Source of the DNA: Gaiellales bacterium | Lineage (GTDB): Bacteria > Actinomycetota > Thermoleophilia > Gaiellales > JAICJC01 | Direction of reading: 5' to 3' | Assembly: GCA_035553035.1 (NCBI GenBank) | Contig: DATNEO010000195.1 | Span: forward strand, 1 to 53,589 | Length of the DNA: 53,589 bases | In this document: positions 50,819-53,589 of the stretch, in pieces | How positions within the stretch are numbered: position 1 is the stretch's first letter | Layout: each line of letters opens with the position of its first letter | Program-made: the position numbers and the translations under genes | Notes under the pieces: model-generated | What the model was told of the DNA's origin: nothing | The model's input: only the letters and a program-made list of their open reading frames with translations | Databases searched by the model: none

Positions 50819-51719
50819 TCTCGCAGACCGGGTCGCCGAGTTCATCACGGAGCATGAGCTGCTCGAGCCGGGGCAGCCGCTGCTGACGCTCGTCTCCGGA
50901 GGCGCCGACTCGCTCTGCCTGTGGGGCGTGTTGCGAGAGCTGGGTCATCCGGTGGAGGCACTGCACGTTGAGCACGGCCTGCGCGGGAGCCGCGGCCTCG
51001 ACGACGCCGCCTACTGCGCCGCGCTGGGCGCGAGCGTGGTGCCGGTCGACCTGGAGCCGGGTGGGAACCTCGAGGCACGCGCGCGGGACGCCCGCTACGG
51101 CGCCGCCCGCGAGCAGGCCGGCGACCGGCCGATCGCCACAGGCCACACGCTCAGCGACCAGGCCGAGACGGTGGTCTACCGGCTGGCGTCGTCGTCCGGC
51201 CCGCGCGCGATCAGCGCGATGCGGCCGGCCGCGGACGGGGTGGTGCGGCCGCTGCTGTGCGTGACGGCGGCCGAGACGCGGGCCTGGTGCGCCGCGCAGG
51301 GGCTCGAGCCGCGCGACGACGAGACCAACGCCGACCCCGCGTTCCGCCGCAACCTGATCCGGCACGAGGTGATGCCGGCGCTGATACGGGTGCATCCCGG
51401 AGCGGAACTGAACCTGGCGCGAAGCGCCGAGCTGCTGGCCGAGCTCGACGATCTGGTGTCGGAGCTGGCGGGCGACCATGTCAACGAGGTGATCGACCTC
51501 GAGCAGGTGGCCGAGCTGCCGCGCGCGCTGCGCGTGCTGGTGCTGCGCGAGGCCGCGGAGCGCGCCGCCGGGCGGCCGCTGCGGCTGCCCAGACAGCTGA
51601 CAGGACGGCTCGAGCAGCTGGCCGAGCGACGCGGCGGGATGGAGCGGCTGTCGCTGGCCGCCGATCTCGAGGCCGTGCGCGATCGCACCCACCTCAGCTT
51701 TACCGCGCCTTCGTTGTAA
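50802..51719 (+). CDS. tilS: tRNA(Ile)-lysidine synthetase
   Basis: ATG 50802 inside track ORF 50649..51719. PP-loop LVSGGADSLCL, GHTLSDQAETVVYRL, RPLL. Confidence 0.9.
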   Translation: MSPPPDLADRVAEFITEHELLEPGQPLLTLVSGGADSLCLWGVLRELGHPVEALHVEHGLRGSRGLDDAAYCAALGASVVPVDLEPGGNLEARARDARYGAAREQAGDRPIATGHTLSDQAETVVYRLASSSGPRAISAMRPAADGVVRPLLCVTAAETRAWCAAQGLEPRDDETNADPAFRRNLIRHEVMPALIRVHPGAELNLARSAELLAELDDLVSELAGDHVNEVIDLEQVAELPRALRVLVLREAAERAAGRPLRLPRQLTGRLEQLAERRGGMERLSLAADLEAVRDRTHLSFTAPSL

Positions 51720-51738
51720 GCTGGGCCGAGATGCCTAG

Positions 51739-52314
51739 ATGAGCTCGTACCTCAACGCTCTCGATCCGGAGCACCTGATCGCGGAGACGCTGGTCGAGGA
51801 GGATGTGCTGCAGGCGCGCATCTCCGAGCTCGGCGAGCAGATCTCGCGCGACTATGAGGGGCTCGAGCCGTTGCTGGTGGGGGTGCTGAAGGGCGCGGTG
51901 TTCTTCATGGCCGACCTGGTGCGGCGGGTGACGGTGCCCTGCGAGATGGACTTCATGGCCGTCTCCAGCTACGGCAGCGGCACCGACTCGTCGGGGGTGG
52001 TGCGGATCTTGAAGGACCTCGACGCCAACATCGAGGGTCGTCACGTTGTCATCATCGAGGACATCGTCGACTCCGGTCTGACGCTGTCCTACCTGGTGCG
52101 GAACCTGCAGGCGCGCTCACCGGCCACGCTCGAGGTGTGCGCGCTTCTGACCAAGCCCGAGCGCCGGCAGACCGACATCACCTGCCGCTACGTCGGCTTC
52201 GAAATCCCCAACCGGTTCGCGATCGGCTACGGCCTCGACTACGGCGAGCGCTACCGCAGCCTGCCCTACGTGGCCGCCCTGGACGAGTCGCGCCTGCCCG
52301 AGGACCTGATCTGA
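51739..52314 (+). CDS. hpt: Hypoxanthine phosphoribosyltransferase
   Basis: LLVGVLKGAVFFMADL, PRPP motif VVIIEDIVDSGLTLSY, GYGLDYGERYR. Confidence 0.93.
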   Translation: MSSYLNALDPEHLIAETLVEEDVLQARISELGEQISRDYEGLEPLLVGVLKGAVFFMADLVRRVTVPCEMDFMAVSSYGSGTDSSGVVRILKDLDANIEGRHVVIIEDIVDSGLTLSYLVRNLQARSPATLEVCALLTKPERRQTDITCRYVGFEIPNRFAIGYGLDYGERYRSLPYVAALDESRLPEDLI

Positions 52315-52488
52315 CCGGGCCGTTTCAAGTCGCCACCGGCGGCTGCCGATAGACCAATTCGTGAGGACATCCGTCGTCGTGCCGGCGGCGTATCAGAGGT
52401 GGTGGTTCGAACGTCGGGCGCCAATGAGCCGGAAAACCTCCGTGATATCGTTTAGGTCAGTTCCCCAGGCAGGTAGGCGAAGCAACCC

Positions 52489-53589
<1,101 letters not shown>

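Overview
53.6-kb, very GC-rich bacterial chromosomal segment. G/C dominates third codon positions, so most long antisense ORFs in the track are artefacts. The gene content (DevS/DevR-like sensor pair, MMPL transporter, tilS-hpt-ftsH block, many leaderless-type starts) suggests an actinobacterium-like organism; this is inference. I call about 62 protein-coding genes, tRNA-Pro(CGG), one TPP riboswitch, three gene remnants, several hairpin terminators and 14 candidate leaderless promoters. Layout: (1) 1-2540, partial cyclase-ATPase-TPR regulator. (2) 4.3-17.3 kb, a stress/redox island: heme-GAF sensor kinase plus NarL-type regulator, five universal stress proteins, cytochrome bd oxidase cydAB, a diheme cytochrome c, DUF389 and two CtaG-like membrane proteins. 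Remnants of arcC, a P-type ATPase and a SulP permease interrupt it. (3) 17.4-21.2 kb, ChaB-like, YihY, MMPL and CsbD genes. (4) 23-28 kb, a minus-strand gene string with a ThiXYZ-type ABC importer whose TPP riboswitch sits inside the operon. (5) 28-36 kb, BolA-Grx4 plus an amide/hydantoin catabolic cluster. (6) proS, clpS, a third CtaG-like gene, nitrilase, hydrolase and acyl-CoA dehydrogenase. (7) Tandem GAF-GAF-GGDEF cyclases. (8) Housekeeping genes ending in tilS-hpt-ftsH (ftsH partial). I saw no CRISPR array, transposase, integrase, phage gene or recognisable defence gene. The most unusual material is the decaying hypoxia-type island, the operon-internal riboswitch, the triple CtaG-like paralogy and the pervasive leaderless start geometry. 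All family assignments come from motif recognition by eye; no database search was run.
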